64,000 bases of DNA, from positions 2,542,001-2,606,000 of the forward strand of contig NW_027362982.1 of assembly GCF_046119375.1 (NCBI RefSeq). Direction: 5' to 3'. Of this stretch, positions 52,958 to 64,000 are shown piece by piece. The notes beneath the pieces are model-generated. The model searched no databases and was not told the DNA's origin. It worked only from the letters and a program-made list of their open reading frames with translations. Source of the stretch: Phyllobates terribilis. Its lineage: Eukaryota. Made by a program: the position numbers and the translations under genes. Positions within the stretch are counted from its first letter, which is position 1. Each line of letters starts with the position of its first letter.

Positions 52958-54330
52958 TCAGTAGTGGTGCTCCCTCCTGGGAAGCTCTTGTCCACTATAG
53001 GCTGGCCCAGCCAGGTCATCAGCGCTGTAGGATGAGGAACTGCTCACTTTCCCCACCCTGTAGACATTCAGGGCATACCAGTTCCTCTCACATCTATGCC
53101 TGGTGTAGGTGACGTAATCATCCGGGTACAAGTTCCGATCCGGATGTCCTTCTTTAAGGTGGGACTCCACGTCCCTCTGATTCACGAAAAGGTCCGTCTC
53201 GGCCTGTGGATCCCGGATGAAACCCCATCCTCCATGCTGGTTGAACTTCACTACGGTCCCTTCGGCACGGGGACCTTATGCTGACTTCCTGTCCTTGCGG
53301 GCCCTGGCCTTCTTCTCCATGTTCCGGGCCTCCAGTCTCTCCTAACGCACCCGCCGGATGTGGCACTCCTTCTCGAGCTGCTCCACTTTCCTCTTGCAGT
53401 CCTCTCTTCTGCGGGCAGCCTCTGCTTTTGTTTCTCGGGGAAACCCCATGAGGTCTTCCCCAGGGTTATCCCACTCAAATTGATCCTCCTCACTTCGGGA
53501 GACGGTGGGGGGTGGGGGAGCTGGTAATAGTGGGAGCCACTGGTCTTCCACCTCTGCGGTCCAATCCCAGGGTCGGCGTCCGTACACCCACTCGGGTGTC
53601 GGGGTAAGCGGTTCCCGTAAGGGGCCCAGGAGCGGGCCGGTGTTGCTGGTGCCCGGAGGTGACGGTTCCGAGCCCCAGAGGACGTCTAGGGCGTGCGCGC
53701 CCGGGGACAGATGACCTGGAAGGAGGGCCCGGAATGGGTCCGCGTCTTCCGCGCCCGGGGGCGGAGGGCCTTGCTGGGGTGTCAGGAGCGGGTCTGCGTC
53801 AGTAGCGCCCGGGGTCGACGGTTCCACCAGAGGGCCAGGAGCAGGTCAGCGCCTCTAGCGCCCGGGACAGGGAGGCTCCTCTTACCTGCTCCCGCGGCCG
53901 CTCTTGCGCTGCACTCTGCCTCCTGGTGCTGGTCCGGATCCGCCAAGGCTGGGGCGCTGCCTGTGCTTTGCAGCGCTGGCTGCTGCCGGTTCGCCATCCT
54001 CTCTACTATCTCCTTTTTCCAGCTGGCGATGGCATCTTGCTGGGCCCTCTCCATTCTCCCGGTCAGGTCCTCCATCCCGGCATAGAGGAACTCCGAATCC
54101 TCCCGGGACAGCTTGGAAACTACCTCCTCCAGGGTGAGGGGTGCCTCAGGTCGTAGCAGGCCGCTGGCAGGGACTCCTGGTGCACTTCCCTTCATGTTGC
54201 CTGCCAGGTGCGGTCTGTCTAGACTGGTCAAGACCACACCCTGTCTCCCAGTTTTCTTCTCTCCTCTCCCCTTTCTGGGGCGGTCCCATGGCTGCTTGCT
54301 GTCGGCCACACCCGGAGGTAGCCTCTCCAT
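52958..54330 (-). pseudogene. Element E internal ORF (about 455 aa reconstructed): Pro/Ala repeats, charged helix, C-terminal cold-shock domain (53063-53260)
   Basis: One frameshift near 53830 and two in-frame stops; GTVVKFNQHGGWGFI...DLFVNQRDV...WYALNV matches the CSD RNP1/RNP2 pattern. Confidence 0.8.
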
Positions 54331-55846
54331 ATATGGCTACCTTCTCGGTGAGACTGGTATGGACTTGTGGCTACAGGACATAAAATACTGTAGCCTCCGG
54401 GTTCTAGTTAGGCATAGAGTCCTCCGCTAGTTGAGGGATCGGTTCCCTTTGTATGGCCTGACCCCTCCACCGCCTGATAGATTCGGGCGTACGGGTGATC
54501 TCCAGCACTGCCGTACCCCTGGGGTCTTTTCCTTATTCCTGGAGCCTCTCTCCTGCTCCTCTCTCCTCTCCTTTCCTTTAAGTCCTGGGCCTCTCACCAG
54601 GCCCTCCTTCTGAGCAGAGCTCCTACAGAGCCTCTGCTCCTTCCACTTCTCCTCCTCTGACTGAACCTCGCTTCACAAGATGGCTCCTGTTCTTATGTCA
54701 TCTCTCCAGTGCTCCCCTGAACTGCTTCCTCCACCCACACCCACTACATGGTTCCCCCTTACTGTGGTCCCCCCCCACTCCAGCCAGGAACCAGGGACTG
54801 TGCTCTTGTGTCACCCTGGCCTGGATGCCACAAAATCTAATAAAGCTGTGTCTTTAGAGCAAGGGGGAGGTTCTCTAGTCAAGGGAACATTAGCATGCAA
54901 TACCTCCTGTCTCAGGCCAGTAGGGGGGCCGGCTGCCCCTATAAAAGCTGGAACTGGGGGCAGGGTTAGGGAGAACTGGACGACCTGTCTCAGGACTGAG
55001 AAGCGTCCCAGAGCAGAGAGGGACAGTTGTATTGCACCCTAAGAGGAAGTGTGGCGGTAGGAGAGCCACAAGCCAGAGACAAGAGGCGAAGTGAGCCTGT
55101 CTTGGCAGATAAAGAACTCAATTTACCAGACTTTGGTGTCTGAGGCTGTGAGGATTCCACATTCTCCAGCAGATAACCAGTCCGCAGGGGACTGTAGGTT
55201 CCTTGGCCTAAGAAGCCTGAATGCCCTGCCACAACAGAAGGGACCAGAAAAGCCGTACCAGGCCGGGAGCAGAAAGGAACCCACGTCGCAGGCGATACAG
55301 GCGAGAATACACGGAAAGCTCGGAAACGTGGGCTGTTACCCTATAAGGAGGAGATAGCCAGAAGGAGCACAGAAAGCACGGTAGGCCTACACCCTCACCC
55401 TGACAAGGGCCAATTTCCCAATTGCTCTCAGACATCCAGGTCCCCTCCTAGCCGGGACTGTTTATGGGTCAGTTTACCTGTTCTAGTAAAGACCCTGGAC
55501 TGCAACCTGTTGTCTGTGTGCTCCTTCGTGCCTCCAGCACTACCGGTACTGGGACTCTCACCACCATCACTCCCACCATCCATTATACTGCCTGGGGCCG
55601 CACTCTTCCCGTGGGGAGTCACACTACCCCAGCTGCACACCTTATCAGCCCCAGCGGTCTGCATGCAGCGGCGGTTCCTAATAACGGCAATCCACGGGTG
55701 GCGTAGTCGGACATTATCAATAGTGCATAGCAGACTATCACTGGCCTGACCACCCTGAGCCACGGAACCGGGTAGCCACTACTACCCCCATCGTTCCCCT
55801 GTTGCCCGGATCCGAGTGCCCCACGGCCCAGGGGGCGAGTCAGCTT

Positions 55847-55865
55847 TGGCGTAGTCGGCAGGATT
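55847..55865 (+). promoter_or_regulatory. tRNA-Ser primer-binding site of G4
   Basis: TGGCGTAGTCGGCAGGATT, complement of the tRNA-Ser 3' end. Confidence 0.88.
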
Positions 55866-56262
55866 GCAACCAACCCACCACAAATGGGTATTGCGTGCCT
55901 AGAAAAGACTTTGCACTTACCTGAGTGAAGTTTCCCGCCATCCGGAACCGTTTCCCGCCATTTCCACACCGTCTCCCGGCATCTTCCATCGGTTCCTGCC
56001 ATCTTCAGCCGTTTTCCCGCCATCGGACGCCATCTTCAGGACGCCGCGCGGGAAGAAGAGGGGCGTGGACGTCCAAACCGCGCGAGACCCGAAGCTCCGC
56101 CCCACGCACCGACGCTGCGCAAGGTCCTGGAAGGGAGAGAGAGCGATGCTGACGTCACCAGGACGCGACGCAAAGTCCTCGTCCGGAGCAGCACCAGCGG
56201 AGCCGCGGCCTACAGAAGAGGATCGTCGGAAGGTAGGCCACGCTTGACTAGGGGGGAGGAAG

Positions 56263-57255
56263 ATGTCGGACACGGAGGCGCCCACTACCACCAGCGCAGC
56301 TGCAGCAGCGGTGATGCCATTTTCCCTGCCCTACATTCCTGGAGCGGCCTGGCTGCCTAAGTATTCAGGGGAGCCCCATGCCCTAACTGACTTTAAGGAA
56401 AGGCTGTACAGTTTGTTCCAAGTTTACCCCCTGACAGAGGAACAGAAGGTCAGCATACTAACAGGGCAGTTAACTGGCGCAGCCCAAAGGGAGGTAAAAT
56501 CATGACCCACTGAGGAGAAAAGGACCGTGAAGGGTATTCTGGCCCGGCTGCGGGGTACCTTTGACACACGTACCTCTGCTGAAATTAAAATGAGGTTCTA
56601 TGGATGCAAGCAGCGGGCACAGGACAGCATCAGAGACTATGCCCTAAATCTGCAGGAAGCCTTGAGGGCTATCCAACAAACTGACCCTGGCAGTGTGCAG
56701 GAAACGGATAAGCTACTAACAGAACAATTCATAGAAGGTCTGCTGTCTAGCGCCCACAGGGCCCAACTGCACCTCATGTTCTTTCAGAACCCTGATCTGA
56801 CCTTTGCCCAATTTAAGGACAGGGCCATAAGGGTGCTCCGTGAACCTGCAACCAGTGGCGCTATAAACCCCCGGCGCCCTGCTCTCACCTACCACCAGGA
56901 GGCGGCGCCGTCCTCTGTGGACTCCGTGGGGGCTGAAGCACAGGCCCTGAGCCAAGCCCCGTCGAAGGATCTACACCACCAAGTCCAGGAGCTGACCAGG
57001 AGCGTTGCTGCATTGACCAGGACCGTCCAGGCATTACAAGTGGACCCGTCAAGACCCATTGAGTTGGCTTCAAGTCCGGAGGATGTCCCGTGGTGTCGAC
57101 AGAGGAGGATCCCGTCGTTCCGAGGGAGGCCCACAGACCGCTACGCGGAGGATGGACAGCCCATTTGCCGTCGATGCAACCAGCCCGGACACATTTCCAG
57201 GTACTGTAATTTAAACAGGTCCAACCTGGGGCAGAGGGCCGACCCCCAGGCATAA
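56263..57255 (+). pseudogene. G4 gag with one nonsense codon (TGA at 56503-56505, TGG in G3)
   Basis: Colinear with G3 Gag; CRRCNQPGHISRYC knuckle. Confidence 0.9.
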
Positions 57256-60200
57256 GATCACCAGGCCCTTATAATTGGCGTGATAAGTACTTTGGGGGGC
57301 GCCCGGTTTTACCCGTGGTGCTGGACGGTATCCCATTGAGCGCCTTGCTGGATACTGGGTCGCAAGTAACCACTATCCCTTATGTACTTTTTAAGCAGTA
57401 TTGGACTGATGCTGATATCACACGGTATCCAGACAGTAACTTGAGCATCATCGCCAGTAATGGCTTACCCGTGCCGCAGATGGGGTTCAAGGAGATGACC
57501 ATTAAAATTGGTAAAGTTGAACTACCAGCACAGGGAGTGATTATTGTGGACATTGACCGTCGTGAAAGTCACCCTAAAATAACTGTGGGTACTAACGTGA
57601 TTGAAAATTGTCTTTCAGAGGTAATTGTAATTCTACAACAGGTGGCGGTGAATGCTAGTTCCAGCCACAGATAGTCCTCAACAAGGAGATAAAAGCCCTG
57701 ATGAGACGGCAGCAGGTAGAACTATCTGGTGGTGAGATCGGTAGCGTAAGAATGAGTGACCCATTCCCCATTTCCATGCCTCCCAAAAGTGAAATGATGA
57801 TCTGGTGTCGGACTGCAATCGGGTTGAGAGGTAGAGACTACCAAGCCATGGTAGAACCCGTGTACTCGGACAGCAGGCCCACCATTTTGACAGCCCGGGG
57901 GGTGGTTGATGTCCGTCATGGGAGGGTGCCCGTCCGCATCCTCAACATTGGGGAGAGGGAAGTACACTTACCCAGGTACGCTACACTCGCCAAACTGTTT
58001 GTTGTCGAACACAAAGCTATCAGGGCCGTGGAACCCTTGCCTCCATCTCCACAGGCGGAGGGTAATGGCTCCCAGAAACAAAAGGAGGACTGGTGCCAGA
58101 AACTCCATGTGGGTGCTGACTCCACTCCCCTGCACCAAAAACAAGGAGTCTACCGGGTGATACAGGAGTACGAGAGAGTCTTTAGTAAGCACCTGCTAGA
58201 TTTCGGCAGAGTAAAAGGGATAGAACACCACATCCACACAGGGAGCCACCCACCAATAAAAGAGAGACACAGGCCTGTACCCTCTGCACATTATCAGAAT
58301 GCCAAGGGTATGCTAAGAGAAATGAAAGAAACTGGGGTCATTAGAGATAGCTGTAGCCCCTGGGCAGCCCCCTTGGTTCTGGTGAAAAAGAAAGACGGCA
58401 CCATGAGAATGTGCGTAGACTATAGACAAATCAACCGTATCACCCATAAAGACACATACCCGCTGCCTAGAATAGAGGAGTCTTTAGCCGCACTAAAATC
58501 AGCTAACTTCTTTTCTACTTTGGACCTTACTAGCGGGTACTGGCAGGTTCCTGTGGCAGAGGCTGACAAGGAGAAGACCGCCTTCACCACCCCGATGGGA
58601 CTGAGCGAATTCAACTGTATGCCTTTCGGGCTCTGCAACGCACCAGGGACCTTCCAGCGGCTGATGGAATGCTGTCTAGGGCACCGAAACTTCGAGACGG
58701 TCCTCCTTTACCTGGACGACGTGATCGTCTATTCGAAGACCTACGAGGGCCATCTAAAGCACCTGGCCGAGGTGTTCGAAGCCCTGGCAGGCTATGGCCT
58801 GAAGGTGAAACCATCGAAGTGTCACCTGTTGAAACCGAAGGTCCAGTACCTAGGGCACGTGGTAAGTGCGGAAGGAGTAGCCCCCGACCCTGACAAGGTC
58901 ACGGCAATCAAGAGCTGGCCAAGCCCCTCGAATATCAAAGAGGTGAGACAGTTTCTCGGGTTGGTAGGCTACTACCGAAGGTTCATCCCCGGGTTCACTA
59001 AGATGGCAGCTCCTATGCAGGACCTCCTGATTGGACAGTCTAAGTCCAGAAGTCAAAAGCCACCCTTCAAGTGGGATAAACCGGAAGAGGAGTCCTTCCG
59101 CCAGCTAAAGATTGCCCTCACAGGGGATGAGATCCTGGCTTACCCTGATTATGGCCAGCCTTTCATTCTCCACACAGACGCCAGTAATGTGGGACTGGGA
59201 GCCGTACTGTCCCAAAACCAACAGGGCAGAGAAAGGGTGATCGCGTACGCCAGCCGGAAGCTGAGGCCCACCGAGAGGAACCCGGAGAATTACAGCTCCT
59301 TCAAGCTAGAATTCTTGGCGGTGGTGTGGGCCGTGACGGAACGCTTCAAGCATTACCTGGCCTCTGCAAAGTTCACCGTGTACATGGACAACAACCCGTT
59401 AACACACCTGGACAATGCAAGACTGGGTGCCCTAGAACAGCGGTGGATGGCCCGTCTCTCCAATTACGACTTCGTGATCAAGTATCGGGCAGGCAAAACC
59501 AATGCCAACGCTGATGCCCTATCGAGAATGCCTCACTTACCTGAAGGTGACGAAGACCCAGAAGAGCTGGAGGAGGTAGAACTCCCCGCGTTTCACCGGT
59601 ATGGAGCCGCTCAATACTCCCACCACGTGAAGGAGGAGGATCTAACAACCATGATGATCAATCCCCTACATCACCACATCTGGGCCGAGACCCAAGATAG
59701 TGACCCTGCCATCCGCCTGGTGAAAGATCTGCTGACCCAGGAAGATGCCCGCATAGATCCGGATGCTCCAGAGGAAGCCAAGCAGCTATGGAAAGAGAAG
59801 AGCAAGCTGTTCCTCTATGAAGGCAAGCTGTGCAGAAGGATTGTCAACCACCGGACGCACTAGCTGACCTGGCAAGTCGTGGTCCCAAGGCGGGTTGCAG
59901 CTATGGTCCTGGGGGCTTACCATGACAGAGCGGGGCACTTCGGTTGGAAGAAACTGGAGTTCCTGCTAAGAGGATGGTTCTTTTGGGTCGGCATGAGAGG
60001 GGCTGTAGAGAAGTGGTGCAGAGACTGTGGCCCTTGTCACCTAAGGAGGAAGGACCGTGCCAGCCAGAAGACACCCTTGAGGCCCATCATCACCACGCAG
60101 CCTCTTGAGCTGGTAGCTCTGGACCACGTCAAATTGGCTCCAAGCCGGTCAGGATACATCTATGCGCTGACAATCGTGGACCACTATTCCCGTTTTCTAG

Positions 60201-61381
60201 TGGTAGTCCCGGTGAAAGACTTGACAGCCCAAATGGCGGCCAGAGCCTTCCAGCAATACTTCTGCCGTCCACACGGGTATCTGGAACAGGTCCTGACAGA
60301 CCAGGGTCCAGCGTTCGAAGCTGAAATCTTCCAGGAGTTCTGCAACCTCTATGGCTGTAAGAAGATTCGTATAACGCCTTACCACCCACAAACCAACAGG
60401 ATGTGTGAGAAAATGAACAATATAGTCATTGATCTCCTGAAGACGTTGCCCCTGGAGGAACGCAGCCTGTGGCCAGAAAAACTGCCGGACCTGATAGACT
60501 TATACAATCATATCCCGGTGAATGCTACCAACTGCACCCCGGCTTACCTGATGCGAGCCAGACCAGGTAAGCTGCCCGTAGACCTGGAGATGGGAGTCCT
60601 GACGCCTGAGGACACCTCCCCGGATGCGGACTGGGATACGGAAAGACAACTGCAGTACAAGAAGGTACAGGAGAGTGTGGAGAGGAGCCTGGCCCAGGTG
60701 AGAGAACGGCAAGAAAGCCTCTTCAACCAACACGCCCCTGCTGGTCCCCTAGAACCTGGTGAGCAGGCCCTGAAGCGGAAGAGAAGGCTACATAAGTTGG
60801 ACGACCAGTGGGAAAGGGAACCCTACACCGTACTGCAGTCTGATCACGTCAACCCGAAGGTGTGCGTGATCACCAAGGACGGAGGTGAAACCACTAGCAC
60901 CGTCTCCAGAGACCACCTCAAAAGATGCCCCGAGCAACTCCGTAGTGCAGAAGAGGATCAGAGTGACCTTGAACCCGCAGAGGACAAGGAAGAAATGATC
61001 AGCACCGTTCTCGGAGAGTTCCCTCAGTCCTGGACTCGCATAAATGATGCCATAGTGGTACCCGTCCTGCATTTCCTGCAACCGGCACAGCAACAACCAA
61101 CACCAGAGCCGGAAGGTGAAGAGGAGCAAGCGGTTCCAGAGGCAGAAGAGCCTGTACTAGCAGCCCAGGAGAGTCAACCCTCTGCTGACATTGAGCCTGC
61201 CATGCCTGCGGTAAGCCAAAGGACCCGCAGACAGCTGCCTGCCCTACCTGTACACCCAGCTGGTAGCTGTACCCCTAACGCTAGTGGGGAAAGTCAGGTC
61301 AGTCCACCACCAGACAGTGGGTTAAGGAGGTCAACCAGGAGCACAAAGGGGCAGATACCCGCTCGCTGGAGAAAACTGTAA
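57210..61381 (+). pseudogene. G4 pol (PR-RT-RH-INT) with one frameshift near 57680 and a stop at 59861-59863
   Basis: LLDTGSQVT, YLDDVIVY, HTDASNVGLGAV, HDRAGHFG...CGPC, VLTDQGPAFE. Confidence 0.95.
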
Positions 61382-63326
61382 ATAACCTTGTTGCCAAATG
61401 TTGAAATCTTTGCCAAGTTACCTGCATGATTGTTAATAGTGTATTTCAGTTTCTTGCAGTTACCGTACGGACTCAAAGGTTATGGACTTTTTTATAACCG
61501 GGACCATGTATGGACTGCGTTCGGAGCCTAACCCAGGAATGAACTAAGACTGTAAAGGATTTGGGGTAGGACAGACCCCCCCCACCTGGTTAAGGCTCCC
61601 CGTTGTGCTGGTGATATGGACACCCGGTCACAGACCACACTGTGACCTTAAGAACTCAATCTGTGCGTCGTTTGTCTATTAATGTTTTATAGTCATGTAT
61701 ATTATCTTTGTTTATTGTTTAGTCCCGGAGTACTAAATTTTACTAGGGGGGAATGTGTCACCCTGGCCTGGATGCCACAAAATCTAATAAAGCTGTGTCT
61801 GAGAGCAAGGGGGAGGTTCTCTAGTCAGGGGAACATTAGCATGCAATACCTCCTGTCTCAGGCCAGTAGGGGGAGCCGGCTGCCCCTATAAAAGCTGGAA
61901 CTGGGGGCAGGGTTAGGGAGAACTGGACGACCTGTCTCAGGACGGTGAAGCGTCCCAGAGCAGAGAGGGACAGTTGTATTGCACCCTAAGAGGAAGTGTG
62001 GCGGTAGGAGAGCCACAAGCCAGAGACAAGAGGCGAAGTGAGCCTGTCTTGGCAGATAAAGAACTCAATTTACCAGACTTTGGTGTCTGAGGCTGTGAGG
62101 ATTCCACATTCTCCAGCAGATAACCAGTCCGCAGGGAACTGTATGTTCCTTGGCCTAAGAAGCCTGAAGGCCCTGCCACAACAGAAGGGACCAGAAAAGC
62201 CGTACCAGGCCGGGAGCAGAAAGGAACCCACGTCGCAGGCCATACAGGCGAGAATACACGGAAAGCTCGGAAACGTGGGCTGTTACCCTATAAGGAGGAG
62301 ATAGCCAGAAGGAGCGCAGAAAGCACGGTAGGCCTACACCCTCACCCTGACCAGGGCCAATTTCCCAATTGCTCTCAGACATCCAGGTCCCCTCCTAGCC
62401 GGGACTGTTTATGGGTCAGTTTACCTGTTCTAGTAAAGACCCTGGACTGCAACCTGTTGTCTGTGTGCTCCTTCGCGCCTCCAGCACTACCGGTACTGGG
62501 ACTCTCACCACCATCACTCCCACCATCCATTATACTGCCCTGGGGAAGCACTCTTCCCGTGGGGAGTCACACTACCCCAGCTGCACACCTCATCAGCCCC
62601 AGCGGTCTGCATGCAGTGGCGGTTCCTAATAACGGCAATCCACGGGTGGCGTAGTCGGACATTATCAATAGTGCATAGCAGACTATCACTGGCCTGACCA
62701 CCCTGAGCCACGGAACCGGGTAGCCACTACTACCCCCATCGTTCCCCTGTTGCCCGGATCCGAGTGCCCCACGGCCCAGGGGGCGAGTCACTCTCCCTTA
62801 GGAGCAATCTCGCCCTGCCCTCTGTACTGGAGTAGTGTAGTGTTGGATGCAGGTGTTAGGGTCCCGAGCCGTACTCCTTCCTTACCTGAGAGTGAGACAC
62901 CACACCTCTGGGTGAGATGCAGCACCTCTGTGGCGACCAAACCCTCAGGGGCGCCACATGTGCAAAGCAATCATCAAAGGAAAAAGGTGGCTACTTTGAA
63001 GAAACTAGAATATAAGATATTTTCTGTTGTTTCACACTTTTTTGTTAAGTATATAATTCCACTTGTGTTAATTCATAGTTTTGCCTTCAGTGTGAATGTA
63101 CAATTTTCATAGTCAAGAAAATACAGAAAAATATTTTAATGAGAAGGTGTGTCCACACTTTTGGTCTGTACTGTATGTAAAATACAGCAAAAACCCTTTA
63201 CCAGGTCCACTGCCCTGGCAATAAGCTGTGTAAGAAACTTTGTAATGTATTTGAGAGAAAAGTGCTTCTTTCTCCACTTATGAGCCACTTCATCTCCTCC
63301 CCCTTCCTCCTAAAGTTATCATACTG

Positions 63327-63688
63327 TTAAAGGCATTATCCAGGACTATATTATTTTTTTTACAGCAAGCAGGCAGGTAGTTACTAAGGGGTCACAGACC
63401 AATTCTGCGGCAGCTGCTTCTCTTCCGCTCTGCTCTGTTGACTACGGACACTGTGCTGACAGCCGGCTCCTCACTGCCTAACTGCGGGAATCCAGCTGTC
63501 AATCAGCATGACGTCAACAGTCAACATAGCAGCCCGGAAAAAGAGGTGCTGTGTTGACCTGGAGCAGCTGAATCGCCGACAGGAGCGGTCGGTGACTGCT
63601 TTGAGCCGGCGCCGGATACAACAAGCAGATAGTTAGCAACTACCTGCTGATAGCAACAAAATAATTTAGTCCTGGATAAACCCTTTAA
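63327..63688. mobile_element. T2-type MITE with TTAA TSD
   Basis: TTAA-AGGCATTATCCAGGACTA...TAGTCCTGGATAAACCCT-TTAA. Confidence 0.8.
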
Positions 63689-64000
63689 ATCTGTCTCAGT
63701 GAAAACAAGACAGACTGATAGCTCACTGAGGGATCTGATTACAGCTGTCTTTTAAAGTCTATGGAAAGGGAAGATCTGAGAAAGAACCAGAGACATGCAT
63801 AGACCCGTGCTGCTGCTTGCTTTCTAGGAAGTGTATAACTAAACTTAGGTAAAGGCCTGTCAGCCATCACTAAGTGTACATCATGGGGTGGCGAGGGTCT
63901 CATGAAGACAACCCCCAACCATGTGGCTTTTCTGGCATATAGATGTTATAGGCGACATGTATGTGCCAAAGTGAAGAGCCAATCCGTAAGAAGGACTCTG

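Larger units (their letters stand above)
54807..62790 (+). mobile_element. Full-length Gypsy element G4, TSD CTCT; LTRs 54807-55842 and 61754-62790
   Basis: Near-identical LTRs, PBS at 55847, PPT before 61754; the empty site GTGCTCTCC is visible in the 3' LTR of E. Confidence 0.97.
49901..62958 (-). mobile_element. LTR element E with no visible RT or integrase, TSD TGTG; 3' LTR 49901-51130; 5' LTR split (62795-62958 and 54331-54802) and missing U5/PBS
   Basis: LTR copies colinear; PPT TTTTACCAGGGGGGTA before 51130 on the minus strand; 3'-UTR homologous to G2 and G3. Confidence 0.88.
48486..63173 (-). mobile_element. Tc1-like element T6 (about 1.63 kb) split by a 13-kb LTR complex; transposase remnant 48649..49608
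   Basis: TA-CAGTACAGACC...GGTCTGTACTG-TA; [25 protein letters not shown]; TIR resumes at 62963. Confidence 0.93.

Noticed and set aside
53063-53260. CSD as a processed YBX or LIN28 retrocopy or a host exon
   Set aside because: There is no flanking Y-box or Lin28 sequence, splice context or poly(A). It is in frame with an unrelated ORF inside LTR boundaries with a PPT and TSD.
55824-55842. CTCF-like GCCCAGGGGGCG at LTR ends
   Set aside because: The match to the 5' half of the motif is poor, and conservation is already explained by integrase attachment-site constraints.

Overview
Vertebrate, very probably frog, genomic DNA; TTAA-flanked T2-type MITEs, CR1 and Tc1 elements and Ty3/Gypsy LTR elements make up most of the window. 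The host scaffold is a head-to-head gene pair that the ORF track hides. On the minus strand are five exons (3-7) of an ARMC1 paralogue (ARMC1-like). It is an unprocessed pseudogene with three nonsense codons, an AG>AA acceptor, a frameshifting C-terminal deletion and no recognisable first coding exon. On the plus strand are the first exons of MTFR2, whose start codon is missing. A compact CCAAT/GC-box region at about 47.75-48.02 kb lies between them. Four Gypsy elements with gag-pol are present, all disabled: one chromovirus with a Tf1/sushi-type self-priming signature, and three related elements with 4-bp TSDs, two with an intact tRNA-Ser PBS and -1 frameshift signal. There are also several solo LTRs and an RT-less LTR element whose internal ORF ends in a cold-shock domain. 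That element shares a covarying 3'-UTR RNA structure with the autonomous Gypsy elements, and it is the best candidate for an undescribed system. All homology calls come from motif recognition by eye; no searches were run.
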